DNA of 64,000 bases, taken from NCBI GenBank assembly GCA_963754875.1, contig CAVWHO010000013.1, positions 96,001 through 160,000 on the forward strand. The letters are read 5' to 3'. The DNA is from Nitrospirota bacterium (GTDB lineage Bacteria > Nitrospirota > UBA9217). This document shows positions 20,661 to 29,705 of this stretch, in pieces; position 1 is the first letter of the stretch; each line of letters opens with the position of its first letter. The notes beneath the pieces are model-generated. The model was not told the origin of the DNA and ran no database searches. It saw only the letters and a program-made list of their open reading frames with translations. The position numbers were made by a program, and so were the translations under genes.

Positions 20661-20908
20661 CTACTTGCCTGCCGGTGCTGCCGGAGCTGCTGCCGCCGGA
20701 GCTGCCTCTTCCTTCTTTGCAGCTTTGCCTTCTTGGCGACCTTCTTCTTTGCCTTCTTGTGCGCTCTTTGCCTTCTTTGCCGGGGCGCCTTCTCTGCCAT
20801 CGTCTCCGCAGGAGCTGCCGCCGGTGCCGCTGCCTTCTCCTCTGCGAACGCTACGCCGAGGGTAAGAGCAAACGCCATTGCCGTGAAAAGAGCAATAATC
20901 TTCTTCAT
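20661..20908 (-). CDS. Small secreted Ala/Lys-rich low-complexity protein (frameshifted)
   Basis: GGAGGTG RBS, signal peptide ending AFA, AAAPAAAPA and KKAKKK segments, ends PAAPAGK. Confidence 0.7.
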
Positions 20909-20988
20909 TCAGTTTCACCTCCCTTCCGTTTTTAGAGATGCGTAAATGTAGCAGATTGTATAATTCTTGTCAAGCGTAAAGAAGGGGC

Positions 20989-21085
20989 CGAATTGACTCA
21001 CAATAAATGTTACCCAACAGCATTTTGAGAAGTATCGTTGACTCAGAATGCATGTTACCGGAACTATACCCCCAAAAGGAGGGTT
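20989..21085 (+). mobile_element. Solo left end of the IS at 46353-47659
   Basis: Near-identical to 46353-46448 (CGAATTGACTCACAATAAATGTTACC...GGAGGGTT); no transposase follows. Confidence 0.85.
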
Positions 21086-21513
21086 GCGCCTAGTACTTAA
21101 ATAAGACTCTTCGTTAATGACTTGAAAAACCTCGTAACCATGCGCCGCGAAATAAAAGATTATTTTACGGTTTTGCCCGGGCATTGTACGATTGTTCAAG
21201 AGGGGAAGTCCATCCGGCGCGCTCCTTGTTTTGCCGACATCCTAGTTCGTCATTCATGAACGCAGGAAAACCAGTCATTTCTTGACAAACTACAGTGATT
21301 ACGTTAGATTTGCTTTACGTTGTCCGCAGTCGTAATATGGTATTGTGGCCATTGTGTCGCAGGATAGTCTGCCTTCGGCCCGCGGTTCTATTATGCTTAC
21401 GAGCGACCAATCTTTCATACCCGCACTATCTCCGGGAAGGAACAGAGCAGGGAAGACCGGGGGCCGGAAACAGAGGCCGCGGATCGACGGATTCTGCATT
21501 TTGATTTTCCCGT

Positions 21514-22618
21514 ATGATCACATCGGCATTCAAACGAATCAGACATGTCAGGGTGTATGTGCTCGCGGGCCTGCTGGCGATCATCTCGCTCCTGCATTAC
21601 ATCGCAGGCGGTGCGGCCGCGGGCATGCTCCACGGTCTTCTCGGCCATCTCTACATCGTGCCCATCATCCTCGGCGCTTACTGGTACGGGATGAAAGGCG
21701 GCGTGATCGTATCCATAACGTCCGCCGTGCTGTTTTCTCCTCATCTTTTTCTGCACTGGCATGACCCGTTCCTCGATGTATATAATTACGTCGAACTGTT
21801 TCTCTTTCTCCTGATCGGAGGGGTCACCGGCGTGCTGAGCCAGATGGAGCGAAACCAGCGCATGCGGTACGAGGAGGCGCTGCAGCGGCTCGACGAATCC
21901 CACCGGAAACTCAAGGAGCAGACCGACGTGTTGTTCCAGACCGAAGAACAGCTGCGACGGGCCGACCGTCTGTCCGCGCTGGGCGAGCTTGTCCGCGGGC
22001 ATGGCACATGAGATCCGCAATCCGCTCGGTTCGATCAAGGGCGCCGTCGAGATCCTGAAGGACGACTATTCGCCCGACGAGGCCAAGTACGAGTTCATCC
22101 AGATCCTCCTGAAGGAAACGGACCGGCTGAACGCGATCGTGCAGGAGTTCCTCGGCTTTGCCCGGCCCAAGCAGCCGGAGTTCCAGCTTGCGGACGTAAA
22201 CGAGACGATCGAGTCCGTGCTGATGTTGACGGCGCAGGAGGCCAGGAGATCGAGGGTCGGCGTCGAAAAAAAATTCGATCCTTCCATCGGGAAGAGGAAG
22301 CTTGATGCCGGGCTGCTCAAACAGGCGTTTCTGAACATGGTCCTGAACGCCATCCAGGCAATGCCGAACGGCGGGAGGCTGACCGTGGAAACCGGTCTCC
22401 GAAACGAAATGCTGGAAGTGAAAATCATCGACACGGGGAACGGCATCCCGGAGGAAAACCGGAAAAAGCTCTTCAGCCCTTTTTTCACGACGAAGAAGAA
22501 CGGCACCGGCCTCGGTCTCGCGATCACCTACCGGATCATCGAGAACCATCGCGGCACGATCGATGTCGCGAGCGAGCCGGGCAGGGGAACGACGTTTACG
22601 GTGAAGATTCCGGTTTGA
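21514..22618 (+). CDS. Membrane sensor histidine kinase (frameshift near 21995)
   Basis: TM region, LGEL/SAGMAHEIRNPL H-box, NAIQAM, DTGNGI, FFTTK, GTGLGL. Confidence 0.9.
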
Positions 22619-22691
22619 GTAAACTTATGGAGCGAGCCGACCATGTCGGCGTTACAGGTGTTTACGGCAACGTGGTTGCCCTGGTCCAAAT

Positions 22692-24044
22692 ATGATAAAA
22701 TCTTCCATCCTCCTTATAGACGATGACGACAGCCTGCGCCGGGTCATGGAGTTCAGTCTGACGGAAGCGGGGTATCGCGTCCAGACCGCGTCGAGCGGCG
22801 AGGAGGGGCTGCGGCTCTTTGAGAAGAACACCTTTGACGCCGTCATTTCCGACATTACCATGCCCGGCATGGGCGGCATGGAGGTCCTGGGAAAGATCCA
22901 CGAGCAGGACGCCCACATTCCGGTGATCATGATAACCGCCTACGGCACGATCGAGAGCGCCGTGGATGCGATGAAACAGGGGGCCTTCGATTATATCACC
23001 AAGCCGTTCAACCGCGACGAACTCCGGCTGACACTCGACAAGGCGCTCAGGATGCGCAGGCTCGAGAAGGAAAACATCGAGCTCAGGTCCGAAGTCACGG
23101 ACCGCTATCGTTTTGACAGCATCATCGGCGGCAGCGAGAAAATCCGTGAAGTGCTCGACTTGGCCGGCCGCGTGGCCGCAAGCGATGCAACGGTCCTGAT
23201 CACGGGCGAGCGGGGGACCGGGAAGGAGCTTCTCGCGAAGGGCATCCATTTCAACAGTTCCCGCGCAAGGGGCCCCTTCGTAGCGGTCAACTGCGCGGCC
23301 ATTCCGGAAACGCTGATCGAGAGCGAGTTGTTCGGCCACGTGAAGGGGGCCTTTACCGGCGCAGGCAAGGACAAGGAAGGCAAGTTTGAACTTGCCGACG
23401 GGGGAACGATATTACTGGACGAGATCGGAGAGCTTCGCATCGATCTCCAGGCAAAAATACTCCGGGTCCTGCAGGAGCGGACCGTCGACCGGCTCGGCGA
23501 CAGGGCATCCATTCCCGTGGATGTCCGGGTCATTGCGTCGACGAACCTGGACATCGAACAGGCGATCAGGGAAGGCAAGTTCCGTGAGGACCTGTATGAT
23601 CGCATAAACGTTGTGGGCCTGAGAATGCCGCCTCTCCGCGAGCGCAGGGACGACATCCCGCTGCTCATACAGTATTTTCTCAAAAAATTCAACAAGGATG
23701 CATCGGCCGGCATCGAACAAGAAGCGATGGCCGTGCTCCTGTCATACGGCTGGCCCGGCAACGTGCGCGAACTGGAGAGCGTGATCGAGCGGGCATCGGT
23801 GCTGAAGCGCGGGAGCATGGTTACGTCCGACGACCTGCCGGAAAAACTCAGGAAAGAAAAGAACAGCGTCGAGAATATCCTGTTGAACCTGCCGGAGGAA
23901 GGCATCGCGCTCGAGGAACTGGAAAAGAGCCTCATCGTCAAGGCGCTCGAAAAGAACAAAGGCAACCAGACCCGTGCCGCCGAATATCTCGGCATCACGA
24001 GGCCGACACTCATTTACCGAATGGAAAAATTCGGGCTCAAATAG
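22692..24044 (+). CDS. Sigma54-dependent response regulator (NtrC/ZraR family)
   Basis: REC domain, GERGTGKE, GAFTGA, WPGNVREL, Fis-type HTH. Confidence 0.95.
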   Translation: MIKSSILLIDDDDSLRRVMEFSLTEAGYRVQTASSGEEGLRLFEKNTFDAVISDITMPGMGGMEVLGKIHEQDAHIPVIMITAYGTIESAVDAMKQGAFDYITKPFNRDELRLTLDKALRMRRLEKENIELRSEVTDRYRFDSIIGGSEKIREVLDLAGRVAASDATVLITGERGTGKELLAKGIHFNSSRARGPFVAVNCAAIPETLIESELFGHVKGAFTGAGKDKEGKFELADGGTILLDEIGELRIDLQAKILRVLQERTVDRLGDRASIPVDVRVIASTNLDIEQAIREGKFREDLYDRINVVGLRMPPLRERRDDIPLLIQYFLKKFNKDASAGIEQEAMAVLLSYGWPGNVRELESVIERASVLKRGSMVTSDDLPEKLRKEKNSVENILLNLPEEGIALEELEKSLIVKALEKNKGNQTRAAEYLGITRPTLIYRMEKFGLK

Positions 24045-24160
24045 CATGATGCAGGATGCAGGACACATGATAGAGACCCGGCAAAAAGCTCTTTTGCGGG
24101 AATCTGTAATCGTGTATCATGAATCATGCATCGTGAATCTCATTTCACGAGGAGGAAGGT

Positions 24161-24367
24161 ATGGCTACAAAAACACTGAAGATCCAGGGAATGACGTGCA
24201 ATCACTGCGTGATGCGGGTGGCAAAGGCGCTGAAGGCGGTGCCCGGTGTCCAGGATGCGAACGTCGATTTGCAGAAAGCGGAGGCCTCGGTCACCTTTGA
24301 CGAATCGAAAGTCGCCCTGGAAAAATTGTCCGCCGCCGTTGTTGACGCGGGATATAAGGTCGTATAA
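24161..24367 (+). CDS. copZ: CopZ-like heavy-metal-associated chaperone
   Basis: GMTCNHC motif, DAGY; GGAGG RBS. Confidence 0.88.
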   Translation: MATKTLKIQGMTCNHCVMRVAKALKAVPGVQDANVDLQKAEASVTFDESKVALEKLSAAVVDAGYKVV

Positions 24368-24395
24368 AGGCCAGGACGCCACCGTAGCATACAGC

Positions 24396-24451
24396 AAAGA
24401 CCCTTCGGTTTTGCCGCTCTGTGGAAGGCATCGGGGGGTCTTTCTTTTTTT
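24396..24451 (+). terminator. Intrinsic terminator after copZ
   Basis: AAAGACCCTTCGG...TCGGGGGGTCTTT followed by a U-tract. Confidence 0.65.
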
Positions 24452-24595
24452 GCAGGATCGCTGATCGTGTTCAACCGCGTACGGGCGCGCCTGCTTGATT
24501 GCTTGACAACGCGTAAACCCGTCAGTATAATTCCATTCGCTACCTGCTCAACGCGGGACACAGAACTGGATGGACAGGTGAGGGAAAGGCAGCAG

Positions 24596-25354
24596 ATGGA
24601 CCAGCCTGGCATATGGAAGGTCATATTCGCAAGACGATTCAAGCGCCAGCTTCCGTTCGACGTCGAACACTGCTCGCCGATCGCGCTCCGGGCCATTGTC
24701 CTCGATGTCCATACTCCTTCGCATGTTCTCGACCGGATCGCCCAGACCTACAGTGATGACGAGGAGCTTTTGCGCGACCTCGTGCTCTGCCCCAACCTGG
24801 ACGAGACGACGTTGGCGTTCATTGCACTGACCGCATCGGAAGAAATCAGACACTACATTGCCCAAACGCGGGTCATTGATGTCGTGATGGGGGAATCGTC
24901 AGGCGATGCTGCGACAGAATCAAAAGGTGCGAAAAAACTCAACTTACAGCAGGTCATCCAGAGAATGAGTCCGGCCCAGAAAATCAAGCTGGCCTTAGTC
25001 GGCGCCAAGGACGCGCGCGGCATGCTGATCCGGGAATCGAGCAAAATCATTGCGGTGTCGGTGCTCGGGAACCCCCGGATCACGCTCGGGGAAATCGAGT
25101 TTTTTGCCAAGTCGCCGAACCTGAGTGAAGATGTCATCCGCAAAATCGCGATAAACTCTGAATGGACGAGGAAAAATACTGTCGTCAGCGCGCTGGTAAA
25201 CAATCCCAAAACACCGGTGGGCGTTTCGCTGCCTTTTGTGAACAGACTGGCTGACCGGGAACTCGCTGTCCTGGAAAAGAGCCGCGGCATACCCGTAGCA
25301 GTACGGACAGCGGCAAGAAATCTGCTCGCCAAGAGAAAGCTGGGCAAAGGATAA
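24596..25354 (+). CDS. Conserved hypothetical helical-repeat protein
   Basis: IQRMSPAQKIKLAL, NPRIT, LVNNPKTP repeats. Confidence 0.7.
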   Translation: MDQPGIWKVIFARRFKRQLPFDVEHCSPIALRAIVLDVHTPSHVLDRIAQTYSDDEELLRDLVLCPNLDETTLAFIALTASEEIRHYIAQTRVIDVVMGESSGDAATESKGAKKLNLQQVIQRMSPAQKIKLALVGAKDARGMLIRESSKIIAVSVLGNPRITLGEIEFFAKSPNLSEDVIRKIAINSEWTRKNTVVSALVNNPKTPVGVSLPFVNRLADRELAVLEKSRGIPVAVRTAARNLLAKRKLGKG

Positions 25355-25428
25355 GTCCCCTGTTACTTCCGCCCGCACACGGAGTTCCTTATTTTTCAAG
25401 ACCCCTTGCAAGGAGACTGCTCATCAAT

Positions 25429-26421
25429 ATGAAGCGCTTGTTGTTATTTGTCTTGACCGGGCTCGTGCTCACCACCGCGTGCGCGAGGCAACGGACCGTG
25501 CAGAAGTCCGAAACGATCATGGGCACGGAGATCACCATCACGGTCGTTGCACGGTCGGCCGCGGAAGGCGATGCGGCCATCGAAGCCGGCATGGCTGAAC
25601 TACGGCGGCTTGATGCGATGATGTCCCTGTACAAGGACACCAGCGAAATCACGGCAGTGAATCTGGCAGCAGGGAAGCATCCCGTTAAAGTCTCGCCGGA
25701 GATGATCGAGGTTGTGGAGGATGCCGCAGTGATTTCGAAGCTTTCGAAGGGCGTCTTTGATCTGACCATCGGCCCCCTTGTCGTCCTGTGGCAGATGCGG
25801 CTGAAAGAAGGCAAGATACCGACGGATGCTGAAATAGCCAGGATCAAGCCGCTGGTGAACTACCGGAACATCGTGGTCGACAAAAAGTCGTCTACGATCT
25901 ATCTCAAGAAAGCCGGCATGATCATGGACTTCGGAGGCATGAAGGGATATGCCGCGGACCGGGTGGCCGCGATATTCAGGAAGCGCGGCATCGCCAATGC
26001 CGTGATCGCCGTTGCAGGCGATATCTGGGTTTTGGGGCACCGGGATGACGGCAAACCGTGGAGGATCGGCGTGCAGCATCCGCGGGAGCACGATAAAGTC
26101 CTTGCCGTTCTGGACCTGAGCGACAAGTATGTTTCCACCTCCGGAGATTATGAACGGTTTGTCATCAGGGAAAAAAAGCGCTACCATCATATTATCGACC
26201 CGCGGACCGGTAAACCGTCGAAAGGGGTCATTTCCGCGACCCTCGTTGGAGACAAGGGCGCGTTCATCGATCCACTGACCAAGGTGCCCTTTATTCTGGG
26301 ACCTGAAGAAGGACTAAAAATCGTTAGAAAACTCGGCGCCCAGGCAATTATCGTGGACGACCAGGGCAAGGTTTACACGACTGACGGGATCAAAAGTCTT
26401 CTGGATCGGCAGGCCAAATGA
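25429..26421 (+). CDS. apbE: FAD:protein FMN transferase (ApbE) lipoprotein
   Basis: Lipobox LTTAC, MGT, FDLTIGPL, DFGGMKGYAAD, STSGDYER, HHIIDPRTG. Confidence 0.92.
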   Translation: MKRLLLFVLTGLVLTTACARQRTVQKSETIMGTEITITVVARSAAEGDAAIEAGMAELRRLDAMMSLYKDTSEITAVNLAAGKHPVKVSPEMIEVVEDAAVISKLSKGVFDLTIGPLVVLWQMRLKEGKIPTDAEIARIKPLVNYRNIVVDKKSSTIYLKKAGMIMDFGGMKGYAADRVAAIFRKRGIANAVIAVAGDIWVLGHRDDGKPWRIGVQHPREHDKVLAVLDLSDKYVSTSGDYERFVIREKKRYHHIIDPRTGKPSKGVISATLVGDKGAFIDPLTKVPFILGPEEGLKIVRKLGAQAIIVDDQGKVYTTDGIKSLLDRQAK

Positions 26422-26499
26422 TGCGGGCCTTGTATGTTCACTCCAACGAGTCAGCATCAGCGGTTTTATCCTGATTGTATTCCCGAGAGGAGTGGCAAC

Positions 26500-26940
26500 A
26501 TGCAAAAATTTCCCCCAAGAAAAGTGATGTTCCTCTGTACAGGAAACTCCTGCAGGAGCCAGATGGCCGAAGGCCTCGCTCGTATACTGGGAAGGGCCGT
26601 CCTGGTGCCCTACAGCGCGGGGCTTTTGGCAGCAGGCGTCCATCCGCGCGCCATTGCCGTGATGAGGGAAATCGGCATCGATATCTCGAAGCAGAGGTCC
26701 AAGGAGATCGACGAGGCGCTGCTCATGACCATGGACATGGTGATCACGCTTTGTTCCAGGGCCGAGGAGGCATGCCCCATCACTCCTCCCGGGATTCAGC
26801 GGTTACACTGGCCGATCAAAGATCCCGTTGCGACCATCGGGTCCGGGGAAGAGGTAATGAAGGATTTCAGGCGCGCACGGGACGAGATCAAGGAGAAAAT
26901 CATAGAATTCGTGGATAAAGTGAAGAATGAACGGGCCTGA
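26500..26940 (+). CDS. arsC: Thioredoxin-type arsenate reductase (LMW-PTP fold)
   Basis: CTGNSCRSQMAEG, ITLC..AEEACP, HWPIKDP. Confidence 0.9.
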   Translation: MQKFPPRKVMFLCTGNSCRSQMAEGLARILGRAVLVPYSAGLLAAGVHPRAIAVMREIGIDISKQRSKEIDEALLMTMDMVITLCSRAEEACPITPPGIQRLHWPIKDPVATIGSGEEVMKDFRRARDEIKEKIIEFVDKVKNERA

Positions 26941-27097
26941 AACGGTCAGCTGCGGAAAATGCATTTGCATAATATAAAACGCTGTTATATCCCAAAAAAA
27001 AGGTTGCGAACGCCCAACAAGGCTGGTAATATAAGAAACTTACTTTATTCGATACCCTGAGACAAGGTTGTCTCAGTACAACAGCAAGGAGGAAGTA

Positions 27098-27403
27098 ATG
27101 GTCAGTTTGACGGACAGCGCAGTAGTTAAGTTCAAGGAAGTCGTTGCAAAACAGGGATCTGCCGAAGACGGAGTACGGATCTTCGTCGTTCCAGGCGGTT
27201 GAAGCCCTTCGTTGGCTATGGACATAGCCAAAGCGGCCCAGGCGGGCGACACGACCATTGAATTGAATGGTCTGAAGATTTTCCTGGAGGAGCGGGCAAA
27301 CGGCATGCTCATGAATACCAGCATCGATTTCCAGGAGAATCAGGGCTTCGTGCTTTCGGGCATGCAGCCGAGTTCATGCGGTTCTTCCTGCAGCACCTGC
27401 TGA
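27098..27403 (+). CDS. HesB/IscA-like Fe-S carrier selenoprotein (Sec35, UGA at 27200-27202)
   Basis: GGAGG RBS; MVSLTDSA...GVRIFVVPGG-U-SPSLAMD...CGSSCSTC in one frame; U aligns with the GGC Cys of A-type carriers. Confidence 0.88.
27212..27231 (+). promoter_or_regulatory. Bacterial SECIS-like hairpin
   Basis: TTGGCTAT-GGAC-ATAGCCAA, perfect 8-bp stem starting 9 nt after the UGA. Confidence 0.75.
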
Positions 27404-27428
27404 TACGGTTTCATCTCAAGCAATCTAA

Positions 27429-27466
27429 CGACCGCTGTTTTCTCCTGAAAACAGCGGTTTTCTTTT
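27429..27466 (+). terminator. Intrinsic terminator after the hesB-like gene
   Basis: ACCGCTGTTTTC-TCCT-GAAAACAGCGGT-TTTCTTTT. Confidence 0.85.
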
Positions 27467-27691
27467 GTACGCCCAGCCGGGCGCTTCTCCTGATCGATCC
27501 CGCAACAGCATCTTTTCTCCTGTAAGAATAATGAGTATTCGGCATTTCCCGACTATATCCATAAAATCCAGCACACATATTTTTGCTACAATATAATAAG
27601 ATAATAAGCAGATTTTCTTTTTTTAACGCACAATCTGTTACACACTGCACCATGCTCCTTCAGAGGCAGTGAACGAGAAGGAGAGGAAAAA

Positions 27692-28468
27692 ATGAACAAC
27701 AATCAGGACACGTACGGGACTCATAACATGATCGAGATAAAAGGATTATCAGTGAGTGTCGAAGATAAAAAGATACTCAATAACGTTAACCTTTACATTC
27801 AGCGGGGAGAGACCGTTGTTCTTTTCGGTCCCAACGGTTCCGGCAAGACCTCGTTCCTGAAGACGGTCATGGGGATTCCGCAGTACCGCGTAGAATCGGG
27901 GAGTATCCTCTACAAGGGAGAAGAGATCACCACCCGCAGTATTGACGAACGCGCGCGGTCCGGGATCGGCATGGTATTTCAGCATCCTCCTGCCGTGCGG
28001 GGCGTGAAACTCAAGGACATGCTGCGTATGAGCATGGAGAAAAGCGGCACCTTCACGGAAGAGAGGATTGCTACGGCTGCGGAAAAATTGAACTGCGTCG
28101 AATTCCTGGACAGGGACATCAATCTGGGCTTTTCGGGCGGGGAGATCAAGAGGTCCGAACTTCTTCAACTCCTGGCCCAGGACCCCGAGTTCGTCATGCT
28201 CGATGAGCCCGATTCCGGCGTGGACCTGGTCAACATCAATCTGGTCGGTACGGTAATAAACGAACTGCTGGAAAAAGATAAAAGAGCGGACAAAAGGACA
28301 AAGGCGGGGCTTATCATAACCCATGCCGGTCACATCCTGGACTACGTCAACGCAGACAGGGCATACGTCATGCTGAACGGCACCGTAAGATGCTTCGGGA
28401 ACCCGCGGGACCTTCTGGAGGACATCCGGACAAAAGGGTATGAGGAGTGTGTGCGATGTCGAATGTAA
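27692..28468 (+). CDS. sufC: SufC/SmsC ABC-type ATPase
   Basis: GPNGSGKT, FQHP, FSGGEIKR, LDEPDSGVD, C-terminal CVRC typical of SmsC. Confidence 0.88.
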   Translation: MNNNQDTYGTHNMIEIKGLSVSVEDKKILNNVNLYIQRGETVVLFGPNGSGKTSFLKTVMGIPQYRVESGSILYKGEEITTRSIDERARSGIGMVFQHPPAVRGVKLKDMLRMSMEKSGTFTEERIATAAEKLNCVEFLDRDINLGFSGGEIKRSELLQLLAQDPEFVMLDEPDSGVDLVNINLVGTVINELLEKDKRADKRTKAGLIITHAGHILDYVNADRAYVMLNGTVRCFGNPRDLLEDIRTKGYEECVRCRM

Positions 28469-29687
28469 CAATCAAGGAAAAGGCAAAACAGGCAGAAAAA
28501 AAGCCCGCTGCCATCGGCCCGGACATCGATCTCAACGAATATTCCCAGCAGGCGGAGGATCATGGCGAGATCGGAAAACTAGCCGGACTGTCACCGATGA
28601 CGTGAAGGATCGAGCTATCACCGTGGGCATTGACGCGGAGGAGGCGTGCAGGTCCGGGTCGTTCTTCCAGATGGACCATTCGGTCATTCTCGCTGCAGCG
28701 CATCAAAGCGGGCTGGAAGTGATGAGCACCACGGAAGCGCTCGAAAAATACGATTGGCTCAAGGACTACTGGTGGAAGGCCGTGGAGGTGGACGCGGACA
28801 AATATACGGCCCAGGCGGAGTTGCAGCAGCACCAGGGATATTTTTTGAGGGCCTTGCCCGGTGCAACACGGCGGAGTTTCCCCTGCAGGCTTGCCTCTAT
28901 ATGGGCCAGGAAGGAATGGCGCAGAATGTCCATAACATCATAATTGCCGAGGAAGGTTCCGAACTCCATATCATCACCGGGTGCACGACGGCACAGGGTG
29001 TAAGATCCGGTCTCCATGTCGGTGTTTCCGAGTTTTATATTAAAGAAGAACGCAAAGGTCACCTTTACCATGATCCACAACTGGGCAGAGGATGTGGCAG
29101 TGCGGCCGCGTACCGGCACGATTGTGGAAGAAAACGGCGTTTTCATGAGTAACTACATCTGCATGAGGCCGGTAAAAACGCTTCAAATGTATCCTACTAC
29201 CTACTGTATCGGCGAGAATGCCACGGTCCGCTACAATACCATTCTATCCGCTTCGCAGGGATCGAACATGGATGTGGGCTCCAAAGTTTTTTTGCGGGCA
29301 AAGGGGAGCAGGGCAGAGGTCGTGGCACGGGCGATCTCGAAAGGGGGCGCCATTGTCACGAGAGGTAATTTGATCGGCGAGGTCCCGGGAATCAAAGCAC
29401 ATCTGGAATGCAGGGGACTCATACTCTCCGAGCAGGGATCGATCCTCGCCATTCCCGAACTCGACGGCAGAGTGAGCGGCGTTGAAATGTCCCACGAGGC
29501 CGCGGTCGGCAAGATCGCGGAGGAGGAGATCCAGTATCTGATGGCCCGGGGGCTGACCGACGAAGAATCGACGGCCGCGATCGTCAGAGGGTTTTTGGAC
29601 GTCGAGATTAAGGGGTTGCCCGAGCATCTCCAGGCGGAGATCAAGAAGGCGGTCAGCTTGGGGGAAAAAGAGGAGCGCCTTTTGTAG
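28456..29687 (+). CDS. sufB: SufB/D-like (SmsB) Fe-S scaffold; about three frameshifts
   Basis: QNVHNIIIAEEGSELHIITGC, HLECRGL, IPEL, SHEAAVGKIAEEEIQYLMARG, spread over several frames. Confidence 0.85.
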
Positions 29688-29705
29688 GCTTCTCACGTGA
29701 CCGGG

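Noticed and set aside
27401..27466. Second Sec at the terminal TGA of the hesB-like gene
   Set aside because: The downstream hairpin has a U-tract and looks like a terminator, and the protein is already full length for the family.
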